32,000 bases of DNA from Mycobacterium sp. Marseille-P9652 (GTDB lineage Bacteria > Actinomycetota > Actinomycetes > Mycobacteriales > Mycobacteriaceae). Positions 7,383-16,394 of this stretch are shown one piece after another. Numbering within the stretch: position 1 is the first letter of the stretch; each line of letters starts with the position of its first letter. Both the position numbers and the translations under genes were made by a program. The DNA lies in NCBI RefSeq assembly GCF_902652685.1, contig NZ_CACRUY010000011.1:38562-70561 (forward strand). The letters are read 5' to 3'. The notes beneath the pieces were generated by a model that worked only from the letters and a program-made list of their open reading frames with translations, made no database searches and had not been told where the DNA came from.

Positions 7383-8543
7383 CTAAGCGGTGTTACGGAA
7401 CCGCCCGGCTTCGGCCCGACCGATGACCACCCGCATGATCTCGTTGGTCCCTTCCAGGATCCGATGGACCCGCAAGTCGCGGACGATCTTTTCCAGGCCG
7501 TACTCCCGCAGATAACCGTAGCCGCCGTGCAGCTGCAGCGCCTTGTCGGCAACCTCGAAGCACGTGTCGGTGACGTAGCGCTTGGCCATCGCGCACAGCT
7601 GCATCTTGTCCGAGTCGTCATTGTCCAGCGCGTTCGCCGCCCGCCAGAGCATCATCCGCGACGTCTCGAGTCCGGTGGCCATGTCGGCCAGCGCGAACCG
7701 CACCGTCGGCTCGTCGAGCAGGGGCGAGCCGAAGGCCTGCCGGTCGCGCACGTAGGCGCCCGCCTTCTCGAACGCGGCCTGGGCGCCGCCGAGCGAGCAG
7801 GCCGCGATGTTGAGCCGGCCGCCGTTGAGGCCGTTCATCGCGATGCCGAAACCGGCGCCCTCGCCGTCGGCGCCGCCGAGCATCGCGTCGGCGGGAACCC
7901 GCACGCCGTCGAGGATCACCTGGGCGGTCGGCTGCGCATGCCAGCCCATCTTCTCCTCGGGTGCGCCGAAACTCAGTCCCGGCGAACCCTTTTCGACGAC
8001 GAAGGCGGAGATGCCACGCGGGCCCTCACCGCCCGTTCGTGCCATCACCACGTAGACGTCCGAAGCACCCGCGCCGGAGATGAACTGCTTGACGCCGTCG
8101 AGCACGTAGTCGCCACCCTCCCGGACGGCGCGCGTGCCCAGCGCGGCGGCATCGGAGCCGGCGTTCGGCTCGGTGAGGCAGTAGCTGGCGATCACGTCCA
8201 TCGAGGCGAGCCGCGGAACCCAGGCCTTGCGTTGTTCCGGCGTGCCGAACGTGTCGATCATCCACGCGCACATGTTGTGGATCGACAGGAACGCCGCGAC
8301 CGTCGGGCAGGCGGTGGCCAGCTGCTCGAAGATGCGGACCCCGTCGAGGCGCCGCAGGCCGCTGCCGCCGACGTCCTCGCGGCAGTAGATCGCCGCCATG
8401 CCCAGCTCGGCGGACTCGCGCAACACGTCGGTGGGGAAGTGCTTGGTGGCGTCCCATTCCAGGGTGTGCGGCGCGAGGCGTTTCGCGGCGAACGCGGCGG
8501 CCGTCTCGGTGATGACGCGCTCGTCGTCGTTGAGGGTGAACAT
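7383..8543 (-). CDS. fadE9: Acyl-CoA dehydrogenase (isobutyryl-CoA dehydrogenase-like)
   Basis: 386 aa. ACAD motifs are CLTEPNAGSD, the FISGAG region and the C-terminal LQLHGGYGYLREYGLEKIVRDLRVHRILEGTNEIMR. It lies between mmsA and mmsB. Confidence 0.9.
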   Translation of the reverse strand: MFTLNDDERVITETAAAFAAKRLAPHTLEWDATKHFPTDVLRESAELGMAAIYCREDVGGSGLRRLDGVRIFEQLATACPTVAAFLSIHNMCAWMIDTFGTPEQRKAWVPRLASMDVIASYCLTEPNAGSDAAALGTRAVREGGDYVLDGVKQFISGAGASDVYVVMARTGGEGPRGISAFVVEKGSPGLSFGAPEEKMGWHAQPTAQVILDGVRVPADAMLGGADGEGAGFGIAMNGLNGGRLNIAACSLGGAQAAFEKAGAYVRDRQAFGSPLLDEPTVRFALADMATGLETSRMMLWRAANALDNDDSDKMQLCAMAKRYVTDTCFEVADKALQLHGGYGYLREYGLEKIVRDLRVHRILEGTNEIMRVVIGRAEAGRFRNTA

Positions 8544-8549
8544 ACTCGC

Positions 8550-10070
8550 CTAATTCATTGTGGGGATGACGAATTCAGCGCCGTCCTTGATGCCGGACGG
8601 CCACCGCGACGTCACCGTCTTGGTCTTGGTGTAGAACTGGATCGACGTGGGTCCGTGCTGGTTGAGGTCGCCGAAGCCGGAGCGCTTCCAGCCGCCGAAG
8701 GTGTGGTAGGCCACCGGAACCGGGATCGGCACGTTGACGCCGACCATGCCGACCTGCACGCGGGCGACGAAGTCGCGCGCGGTGTCGCCGTCGCGGGTGA
8801 ACACCGCGACCCCGTTGCCGTACTCGTGCTCGGACGGGAGCCGCAGCGCCTCCTCGTAGTCGTGCGCGCGGACGATGCACAGCACGGGACCGAAGATCTC
8901 GTCGGTGTAGATCGACATGTCCGGGGTGACGTGGTCGAACAGGGTGGGGCCGATGAAGAAGCCGCCCTCCAGGTTGGCGTCCCCGAAGGTCAGGTCGTCG
9001 CTGCGGCGTTCGCGTCCGTCGATGACGATCTCGGCCCCCGCGGCCACGCCCTGGTCGATGTAGTCGCGCACACGGTTCAGGGCGGCCTCGGTGACGAGTG
9101 GGCCGTAGTCGGCCTTGGGGTCCAGGCTGTGGCCCACGCGCAGGTTGTTGATCCGGTCGATGAGCCTGGCGCGCAAGCGTTCCGCGGTCTTCTCGCCGAC
9201 GGGCACCGCCACGCTGATCGCCATGCAGCGTTCGCCGGCGCTGCCGTAGCCGGCGCCGATCAGCGCGTCGACAGCCTGGTCCAGGTCGGCGTCGGGCATC
9301 ACGATCATGTGGTTCTTGGCGCCGCCGAAGCACTGCGACCGTTTGCCGTGGGCCGCCGCGCCGGAGTAGATGTACTGCGCGATGTCGGAACTCCCGACGA
9401 ACCCGACCGCCTGGATGTCGGGGTGCTCGAGGATGGCGTCGACGGCCTCCTTGTCGCCGTGCACCACCTGGAACACCCCGGGCGGCAGCCCCGCCTCCAA
9501 GAACAACTCGGCCAGCCGCACCGGCACCGACGGGTCGCGCTCGCTGGGCTTGAGGATGAACGCGTTCCCGCACGCCAGGGCGGGCCCGGCCTTCCAGAGC
9601 GGGATCATCGCCGGGAAGTTGAACGGGGTGATACCCGCGACCACTCCCAGGGGCTGGCGCAGCGAGTAGACGTCGATGCCGGGCCCGGCGCCCTCGGTGT
9701 ACTCGCCCTTGAGCAGGTGGGGGATCCCGACGCAGAACTCGATGACCTCGATGCCGCGCTGGATGTCGCCGCGCGCGTCGGCCAGCGTCTTGCCGTGCTC
9801 GAGCGACAACTGCTCGGCGAGCTCGTCAGCCGCGTCGTTGACCAGGTCGATGAAGCGCATCATGACGCGCGCCCGGCGCTGCGGATTCCATGCGGCCCAA
9901 CCCTTCTGGGCCTCGACGGCCGACGCCACCGCCGCGTCGATGTCGGCCTTGCCGGCCATCGGCACCTGCGCTTGCACCTGGCCGGTGCTGGGGTTGAAGA
10001 CGTCCGCCGTGCGGGTCGACCGGCCCGCGGTGCGCTCGCCGTCGATGAAGTGCGGGATCTGTGTGGTCAT
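8550..10070 (-). CDS. mmsA: Methylmalonate-semialdehyde dehydrogenase (CoA-acylating)
   Basis: Track ORF trimmed to the ATG at 10070 (MTTQIPHFIDGER), which has GAGGA 5 nt upstream. Aldehyde dehydrogenase fold with catalytic Cys in GSAGERCMA. The CoA-acylating subtype follows from context with mmsB and the ACAD. About 506 aa. Confidence 0.9.
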   Translation of the reverse strand: MTTQIPHFIDGERTAGRSTRTADVFNPSTGQVQAQVPMAGKADIDAAVASAVEAQKGWAAWNPQRRARVMMRFIDLVNDAADELAEQLSLEHGKTLADARGDIQRGIEVIEFCVGIPHLLKGEYTEGAGPGIDVYSLRQPLGVVAGITPFNFPAMIPLWKAGPALACGNAFILKPSERDPSVPVRLAELFLEAGLPPGVFQVVHGDKEAVDAILEHPDIQAVGFVGSSDIAQYIYSGAAAHGKRSQCFGGAKNHMIVMPDADLDQAVDALIGAGYGSAGERCMAISVAVPVGEKTAERLRARLIDRINNLRVGHSLDPKADYGPLVTEAALNRVRDYIDQGVAAGAEIVIDGRERRSDDLTFGDANLEGGFFIGPTLFDHVTPDMSIYTDEIFGPVLCIVRAHDYEEALRLPSEHEYGNGVAVFTRDGDTARDFVARVQVGMVGVNVPIPVPVAYHTFGGWKRSGFGDLNQHGPTSIQFYTKTKTVTSRWPSGIKDGAEFVIPTMN

Positions 10071-10106
10071 CGGTGTCCTCGGGTGAGTTTCGGGGGATAC
10101 TTGCAT

Positions 10107-10135
10107 ATCCTAGTAACTGCCCCCGGCAGTGGCAA
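10107..10135 (-). promoter_or_regulatory. Candidate SigA-type promoter of the mmsA-fadE9-mmsB operon
   Basis: The minus strand reads TTGCCA (10135-10130), a 17-nt spacer, then TAGGAT (10112-10107). The -10 element fits TANNNT and lies about 37 nt upstream of the mmsA ATG. The spacer contains inverted repeat CTGCC-CCC-GGCAG (10117-10129). Confidence 0.3.
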
Positions 10136-10146
10136 GGAGGCCGCCG

Positions 10147-10467
10147 TCAGCCGCCGCCGTCGTTCCGCCACACCCCCCGCGCACGCATGTCGTCCTCGGC
10201 CGCCTGGCATTGGGCCGCCAGCTGCCGGTACGCCGCGGCGTTGTCGGGGTTGCGGAACCGCTCGCCCGATCCGGCGGTGGCCAGCCGGATCAACTCCAGG
10301 ACGAACTGCAGCGACCGTCCGCTGCCCAGCGATTCGCCGATCGCGTTGACGACGTCACCGAACTCCAGGTCGTTGTTGCTCGCCGCGGCAAGACCGAGTG
10401 TCACGGCGGCGCGACGGGTGTCGTCGGGCCAGACGGACTCGTCGTGCGGGGGTATCACGCGTGACAT
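10147..10467 (-). CDS. Hypothetical protein (about 106 aa)
   Basis: ATG at 10467 (MSRVIPPHDESVW...). The track gives an upstream TTG at 10494. GC3 in this frame is very high, consistent with coding. I recognised no motif. Confidence 0.5.
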   Translation of the reverse strand: MSRVIPPHDESVWPDDTRRAAVTLGLAAASNNDLEFGDVVNAIGESLGSGRSLQFVLELIRLATAGSGERFRNPDNAAAYRQLAAQCQAAEDDMRARGVWRNDGGG

Positions 10468-10519
10468 TGTCGTCAGCCGCGAAAAGTTCGACAACGGGTG
10501 AGGCTAGCCTGACAGCGGT

Positions 10520-11938
10520 ATGCAGACCATCGAGGCGGACTACCTGGTCGTCGGCGCGGGCGCCATGGGCATGGCGTTCCTCGACACGCTGGTGACCGAG
10601 ACCGGGGCCAGCGTGGTCGTGGTCGACCGCAACCACCAGCCGGGCGGCCACTGGACCATGGCCTACCCGTTCGTGCGGCTGCACCAGCCCTCGGCCTTCT
10701 ACGGCGTGAGCTCGCTGGACCTGGGTAGCGGGACCATCGACGAAACGGGCTGGAACGCGGGCCTTTTCGAGCTCGCCACGTCCGGTGAGGTATGCGCGTA
10801 CTACGACCGGGTCATGCGCCGGCAGCTCCTGCCGACCGGCCGGGTGCGCTACTTCCCGATGAGCGAATACCGCGGCGACGGCCGCTTCACCACGCTGGGC
10901 GGCGGCGACTACACCGTCGACGTGACGCGCCGCATCGTCGACGCCACCTACATGCGGGTCAGCGTCCCCGCGATGCGGCCGCCGCCCTATCCGGTGGCGC
11001 CCGGCGTGGAGTGCGTGGCACCGAACGAGCTGCCGCGGCTGGGCCCGCGCGACCGGTACGTCATCGTCGGCGCCGGCAAGACCGGCATCGACACATGCCT
11101 GTGGCTGCTGGCCCACGGGGTGGCACCCGAACGGCTGACCTGGATCATGCCGCGCGACGCGTGGCTGCTCGACCGGGCGACGATCCAGCCCGGACCCCTC
11201 TTCGCCGACACGATCAAGGCCAATTTCACCGCGCAATTGGAGGCCATCCGGGACGCGGTCTCGCTCGATGACCTGTTCGCGCGGCTCGAGGACGGCGGTG
11301 TCCTGCTGCGCCTGGACGGCACGGTCCGGCCCACCATGTACCGCTGCGCGACCGTCACCCGCGCGGAGCTCGAGCAGCTGCGACGCATCCCCGGCGTCGT
11401 GCGGATGGGTCACGTGCGCCGCGTCGAAATCGACAGGTGCGTGCTCGACGGTGGTGAGGTGGCGTCCGGCGGCTCGGCGCTCTATGTCGACTGCACCGCC
11501 GACGGGGCCGAGAAGGTGCCCGCGACACCGGTTTTCGAGGACCGGCGGATCACGCTGCAGAGCGTGCGTGGTTGCCAGCAGGTGTTCAGCGCCGCGTTGA
11601 TCGCTCACGTCGAGGCGAACTACCCCGACGATTCGGCGCGCAATGAGCTGTGTCGGCCCGTCGAGCACCCCGATACCGACCGGGACTGGGCGCGCAACAC
11701 GCTGGCCGACTACCGCAACCAGCTGCGGTGGTTCGACGACGAGGACCTGACGGCGTGGCTGGCCGGGACGCGCCTGGACCTGTTCGGGCACCTGATCGGG
11801 CACCGGCTGGCGGGGGCGTCGGCGAAGCCGCGGGTGCGCGAACGCCTGATGAGCATGACCAGGACGGCGCTCACCGCCACCGCGGAGAAGCTGGAGCGGC
11901 TGCTCGCCGACGACACGTGTAACCCGACCCGATATTGA
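10520..11938 (+). CDS. FAD/NAD(P)-binding oxidoreductase with two dinucleotide-binding motifs (flavin monooxygenase-like)
   Basis: 472 aa. N-terminal DYLVVGAGAMGMAF...VVVVDR...PGGHW (FAD GxGxxG) and a second Rossmann motif YVIVGAGKTGID near residue 190. Confidence 0.8.
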   Translation: MQTIEADYLVVGAGAMGMAFLDTLVTETGASVVVVDRNHQPGGHWTMAYPFVRLHQPSAFYGVSSLDLGSGTIDETGWNAGLFELATSGEVCAYYDRVMRRQLLPTGRVRYFPMSEYRGDGRFTTLGGGDYTVDVTRRIVDATYMRVSVPAMRPPPYPVAPGVECVAPNELPRLGPRDRYVIVGAGKTGIDTCLWLLAHGVAPERLTWIMPRDAWLLDRATIQPGPLFADTIKANFTAQLEAIRDAVSLDDLFARLEDGGVLLRLDGTVRPTMYRCATVTRAELEQLRRIPGVVRMGHVRRVEIDRCVLDGGEVASGGSALYVDCTADGAEKVPATPVFEDRRITLQSVRGCQQVFSAALIAHVEANYPDDSARNELCRPVEHPDTDRDWARNTLADYRNQLRWFDDEDLTAWLAGTRLDLFGHLIGHRLAGASAKPRVRERLMSMTRTALTATAEKLERLLADDTCNPTRY

Positions 11939-11953
11939 TCGGGTGGAGGACAA

Positions 11954-12514
11954 GTGACCGCACGCAACGAACCCGTCGGCCCGCGACCGCTGCGCGCGGT
12001 GCCCGACCACGGCTCTTCGGGGAGCGACAGCGGCTATCCCGACTGGGAGGCCGTGTACGCCGACAACGCGGGCTGGGTGTACCGCACGCTGTTCGCGCGT
12101 GTCGGCAACCGGGCCGACGCCGAGGACCTCACCGCCGAGGTGTTCCTCGCGGCGTTGCGACCGCTGCGCCTGACGGCGAGCACCGGGGAGGTGCGCGCTT
12201 ATCTGCGCGCGACCGCCCGCACGGTGCTGGCCGCGCACTGGCGCGAGACCCTGGGACGGGAGATAACCTCGATCGACGACATCGAGCAGCCCCCCGATAG
12301 CGAGGAAGCGATCAGCACCGCGCCCCAGCGTGTCGCCCGGGTCCTGGACAACCTGCCCGACCGATACCGCCGGATCCTGGAATTGAGGTTCCTGCAAGGC
12401 AGTTCGATCAAGGAGTCGGCCACGGAACTCGGCATCAGCGTCGCCAACGCCAAGGTGCTCCAGCACCGCGCCCTGAGGCTGGCGGCCCAGGTCAACGACG
12501 GAGGTGCGCCATGA
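11954..12514 (+). CDS. ECF (group 4) sigma-70 family RNA polymerase sigma factor
   Basis: 186 aa. GTG at 11954 is preceded by GGAGGA (11945-11950). Region 2 reads VYRTLFARVGNRADAEDLTAEVFLAAL. Region 4 HTH reads LPDRYRRILELRFLQGSSIKESATELGISVANAKVLQHRALRRL-like. Confidence 0.85.
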   Translation: MTARNEPVGPRPLRAVPDHGSSGSDSGYPDWEAVYADNAGWVYRTLFARVGNRADAEDLTAEVFLAALRPLRLTASTGEVRAYLRATARTVLAAHWRETLGREITSIDDIEQPPDSEEAISTAPQRVARVLDNLPDRYRRILELRFLQGSSIKESATELGISVANAKVLQHRALRLAAQVNDGGAP

Positions 12515-13209
12515 ACGCGCGTGGATTGCGGCGCTACGTCGACGACCTGCTGCGGGGCCGGCGCCCCAAGGCGTTCGAGCCGGACGACTTCGAGGCGGCA
12601 CAGATTCGCACCGCGATCGAGATGCGCGCGGCCCGTCCCGGGCCCGACCCGGACGCCGCGCCGCGGCAGGAGTTCCTCACCGACCTGCACCGTCGCCTCG
12701 CGGAGCAGATGTCCGGTCCCACAACCGAACCGGCGTCCGCGTACAGCAGTACACGCCGCCAGGTCATCGTCGGCACGTCGGCGGCCGCTGCCGCCGCCGT
12801 CGCGGCGGTGTCGATCGACCGGGCCGTGATTGGTGCCACCACCGTACGCTCCGATGTCGCGGCCGGGCAGTTGACGCCCAGCGACGGAAGCTGGCAGCGC
12901 GTCGCCGCCAGCTCGGACGTGCCCGACGGGGGCATGCATGCCTTCGATCTCGGATCGGTCAACGGCTTCGTCCGTCGTGTAGACGGCAAGCTCGAGGCCG
13001 TGTCGGGTGTCTGCACTCACCAGGGATGCCGGCTGTGGTTCGATGCGCCGGACAACAGGTTGCGCTGCCCGTGCCACTCGACATCCTTCTCGCCGACCGG
13101 CCAGGTGGTCACCCATCAGCTGCCGATCGCGCCGAAGCCGTTGCCCACGTTGATGGTTCGCGAGGCCAACGGTGCTGTCGAGGTGTTCGCCCCGGTCAAG
13201 GAGACGTAG
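12511..13209 (+). CDS. Membrane-anchored Rieske [2Fe-2S] domain protein; candidate anti-sigma factor
   Basis: 232 aa. The ATG overlaps the sigma gene stop (ATGA 12511-12514). It has a roughly 75-aa charged N-terminal domain, then an internal twin-arginine-like STRRQVIVGTSAAAAAAVAAVSI anchor, then a C-terminal Rieske domain (CTHQGC ... CPCHST). The anti-sigma role is inferred from position only. Confidence 0.8.
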   Translation: MNARGLRRYVDDLLRGRRPKAFEPDDFEAAQIRTAIEMRAARPGPDPDAAPRQEFLTDLHRRLAEQMSGPTTEPASAYSSTRRQVIVGTSAAAAAAVAAVSIDRAVIGATTVRSDVAAGQLTPSDGSWQRVAASSDVPDGGMHAFDLGSVNGFVRRVDGKLEAVSGVCTHQGCRLWFDAPDNRLRCPCHSTSFSPTGQVVTHQLPIAPKPLPTLMVREANGAVEVFAPVKET

Positions 13210-13216
13210 CCCGGGC

Positions 13217-14653
13217 TCAGGTATCGAAAACTATTGTGCCGTAACCGGTCGGGCTGTACGACAGGTAGATCGGGTGCTGCAGGAACGGGGCGATCCCGGT
13301 GTTGAAGAACCCGCCGAGGGTGCTCGACGAGATGGCCGTCTGTTGGGAACCGACGGTGGTGGTGTACAGCAACTTGCTGCCGTCGCTGGTGTAGACGGCC
13401 ACGCTGGTTCCGGCGGGCAGGTATCCACCGGCGTTCGGCGGCCCGAGGTTGTCGGGCACCGTCCCGCCCAGCCCGCCGGAATCGATGTACGCGCCGGTGG
13501 TCTGCTGCAGTCCGCCGCCGTTGATCCGGATGTCCAGGGTGGTGATCGGCGCCCCGGTCACCGACGCGTATGGGGTCAGCGGGTTGGGGCCGAATTGCAC
13601 CGTTCCCGTGGGCTCGTCAATCAGCAGACCCTGACCGAAGGCGCCCGGCAATGCGGTCACGGGACTGCTCGCGGGACCGTAACCATTGGCCCCCACACCC
13701 AGAATGGCGGGCGCCTGGGATGCGGGATAGGAAAAGACGAAATTCTGGGTTATCGACGTGACGACGGCAATAGTGGTCGGCTGGGTGACAAGGCCGTTTC
13801 CGAAATTCACCGTTGTCGTGTACGTGTTGTAGTTCTCGACGAGCAAATTCCCCAATCCGCCGTAGGTGACGGACCCTTGCCCGGTGGGAGCGCCGAGGCT
13901 CGCGAGATTGACGTCCTGCGGGGGAAGGATCAGACCCCGTGATCCGGTGTCGACAATGACCGGCACGCTCGGTCCGCCGCCCACCGAGACGTTGACGTAC
14001 AGGTCCTGACCCTGCAGTTGCAGGGGCACGGTGGCCAACCCCAGCGGGCCGCTGGCCCCGGGGGACCCGAAAAGGCCGCCGGGGCCGCCGGGACCGCCGA
14101 GCGCGGCCGGGCCACCGGCCCCGCCGGGGCCGCCGTTGCCGATCAACCCCGCGGGCCCGCCGGCGCCTCCGGGCGCCCCGGCGGCGGTGCTGTTTCCGCC
14201 ATGGCCGCCGTTGCCCATCAGGATGCCGCCCGGACCACCGGGCGTGCCGACCCCCCGGGCGTTGGTGACGCCGTCGGCGCCGTCACCGATCAGCGGCCGC
14301 CCCAAAAGCATGTTGGTCGGCGCGTTCACGACCGCGAGGATGTCCTGCTGCAGGATCTGCAGCGGGTCGGCGCTGGCGGCCTCGGTCGCCGCGTACATCC
14401 CGGCGCCCGAATTCAGTGCCTGGACGAATTGCGTGTGCATTGTGGCGGCCTGAACGGCCAGCGCCTGATAAGAGGACGCGTACGCGGAAAAGATCGTCTT
14501 GATGGCTCCCGATACCTCGTCAGCCCCCGCCGTGAGTATTTCGGTTGTCGGTGCGGCCGCCGCGGCGTGCGCCGCGCCAATCCACGACCCGATGTTCGCC
14601 ACTTTTGTCGCCGCGTCGGACACGAATTCCGGCGCAGTGATCACAAAAGACAC
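13217..14653 (-). CDS. PE-PGRS family protein with C-terminal pepsin-like aspartic protease domain (PecA / PE_PGRS35 type)
   Basis: 478 aa, GTG start at 14653 with GGGAAGAGG upstream. The PE domain is [10 protein letters not shown]...AAADEVS-like. A Gly-rich GGxGG linker covers residues about 121-205. Catalytic motifs are VIVDTGSRG (D235) and AYIDSGGLG (D391). Confidence 0.9.
   Translation of the reverse strand: MSFVITAPEFVSDAATKVANIGSWIGAAHAAAAAPTTEILTAGADEVSGAIKTIFSAYASSYQALAVQAATMHTQFVQALNSGAGMYAATEAASADPLQILQQDILAVVNAPTNMLLGRPLIGDGADGVTNARGVGTPGGPGGILMGNGGHGGNSTAAGAPGGAGGPAGLIGNGGPGGAGGPAALGGPGGPGGLFGSPGASGPLGLATVPLQLQGQDLYVNVSVGGGPSVPVIVDTGSRGLILPPQDVNLASLGAPTGQGSVTYGGLGNLLVENYNTYTTTVNFGNGLVTQPTTIAVVTSITQNFVFSYPASQAPAILGVGANGYGPASSPVTALPGAFGQGLLIDEPTGTVQFGPNPLTPYASVTGAPITTLDIRINGGGLQQTTGAYIDSGGLGGTVPDNLGPPNAGGYLPAGTSVAVYTSDGSKLLYTTTVGSQQTAISSSTLGGFFNTGIAPFLQHPIYLSYSPTGYGTIVFDT
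14039..14293 (-). repeat. PGRS-type low-complexity GGC/GCC-rich coding repeat inside the PE gene
   Basis: Encodes [61 protein letters not shown]. The DNA is reiterated GGNCCNCCNGG units. Confidence 0.8.
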
Positions 14654-14714
14654 GCGACACCTCTTCCCGCAAAGAAGCAGTCGCCCCGATTGGAGGCAAT
14701 CGGAATGATAGGCC

Positions 14715-14736
14715 GAAATTAGCCGGAAATTAGCCG
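14715..14736. repeat. Perfect tandem direct repeat, 2 x 11 bp (GAAATTAGCCG)
   Basis: GAAATTAGCCG at 14715-14725 and again at 14726-14736. It lies in the relatively AT-rich 108-bp spacer upstream of the PE gene start and downstream of rmlC. Confidence 0.9.
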
Positions 14737-14761
14737 TTTTCGGTTGCGCGTCTATTCAGGG

Positions 14762-15370
14762 TTAAGCATCGCGCAATGCGGCGATGAATTCCTGCGTTTC
14801 TGCCCACGTGGGGAGCAGGCCAGCGGTGCGCACCTCGTCCAGGCTGGGGGCCGCAGCGTCGCGGTCGGACATGCACGGGGCGGCGCCGTCGATGAGTGGC
14901 CAGTCGATCGCAAGGGCCGGGTCCGTCGGGCAGATGGTGTGCTCACGTTGCGGGTTGTACTCCGCTGAGCACAGGTACATCATCGTCGAATTGTCTTGCA
15001 GCACATAGAAAGCATGCCCGAGCCCCTCGGACATGTAGATCGTCCGGCGGTCCTTGTCGTCGAGCAGGACCGAGTCCCACTGGCCGAAAGTCGGCGAGCC
15101 GACGCGGAGGTCAACCGCAACGTCGAAGACGGCACCGGACACGCAGGTGATGTATTTCGCCTGACCCGGTGGCACCTGGGCGAAATGCAGTCCGCGCAGC
15201 ACGCCGGCCGACGACACCGAGCAGTTGACCTGGACGACGTCCAACCGGTGACCGGCGAACCCGGTGAATCCCCGGTTGGTGAACCACTCGAAGAGCAGGC
15301 CACGCGAATCGCCGTGGACTGTCGGGGTGATTTCCCAGGCGCCGGGGATTTTGAGCTCGCGCACTTCCAT
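14762..15370 (-). CDS. rmlC: dTDP-4-dehydrorhamnose 3,5-epimerase
   Basis: Track ORF trimmed to the ATG at 15370 (MEVRELKIPGAWEITPTVHGDSRGLLFEWF...), giving 202 aa. Cupin epimerase motifs are VLRGLHF and YMSEGLGHAFY. It starts 1 nt after the rmlB stop. Confidence 0.9.
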   Translation of the reverse strand: MEVRELKIPGAWEITPTVHGDSRGLLFEWFTNRGFTGFAGHRLDVVQVNCSVSSAGVLRGLHFAQVPPGQAKYITCVSGAVFDVAVDLRVGSPTFGQWDSVLLDDKDRRTIYMSEGLGHAFYVLQDNSTMMYLCSAEYNPQREHTICPTDPALAIDWPLIDGAAPCMSDRDAAAPSLDEVRTAGLLPTWAETQEFIAALRDA

Positions 15371-15371
15371 G

Positions 15372-16394
<1,023 letters not shown>

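Noticed and set aside
6501-10349. 1282-aa ORF on the + strand
   Set aside because: It runs antisense to mmsB, fadE9 and mmsA, all of which have clear family motifs. Its translation is Arg/Gly/Ala/His-rich low-complexity sequence typical of shadow ORFs in GC-rich DNA.
10355-12601. 748-aa ORF on the - strand
   Set aside because: It is antisense to the FAD oxidoreductase and ECF sigma genes. It has no motifs and an Arg/Pro/Gly-rich composition, so it is a GC-rich shadow ORF.
14039-14293. GGC-rich periodic DNA as an independent non-coding tandem repeat or mobile element
   Set aside because: It is in frame within the PE gene and encodes the Gly-rich PGRS linker between two recognisable domains.
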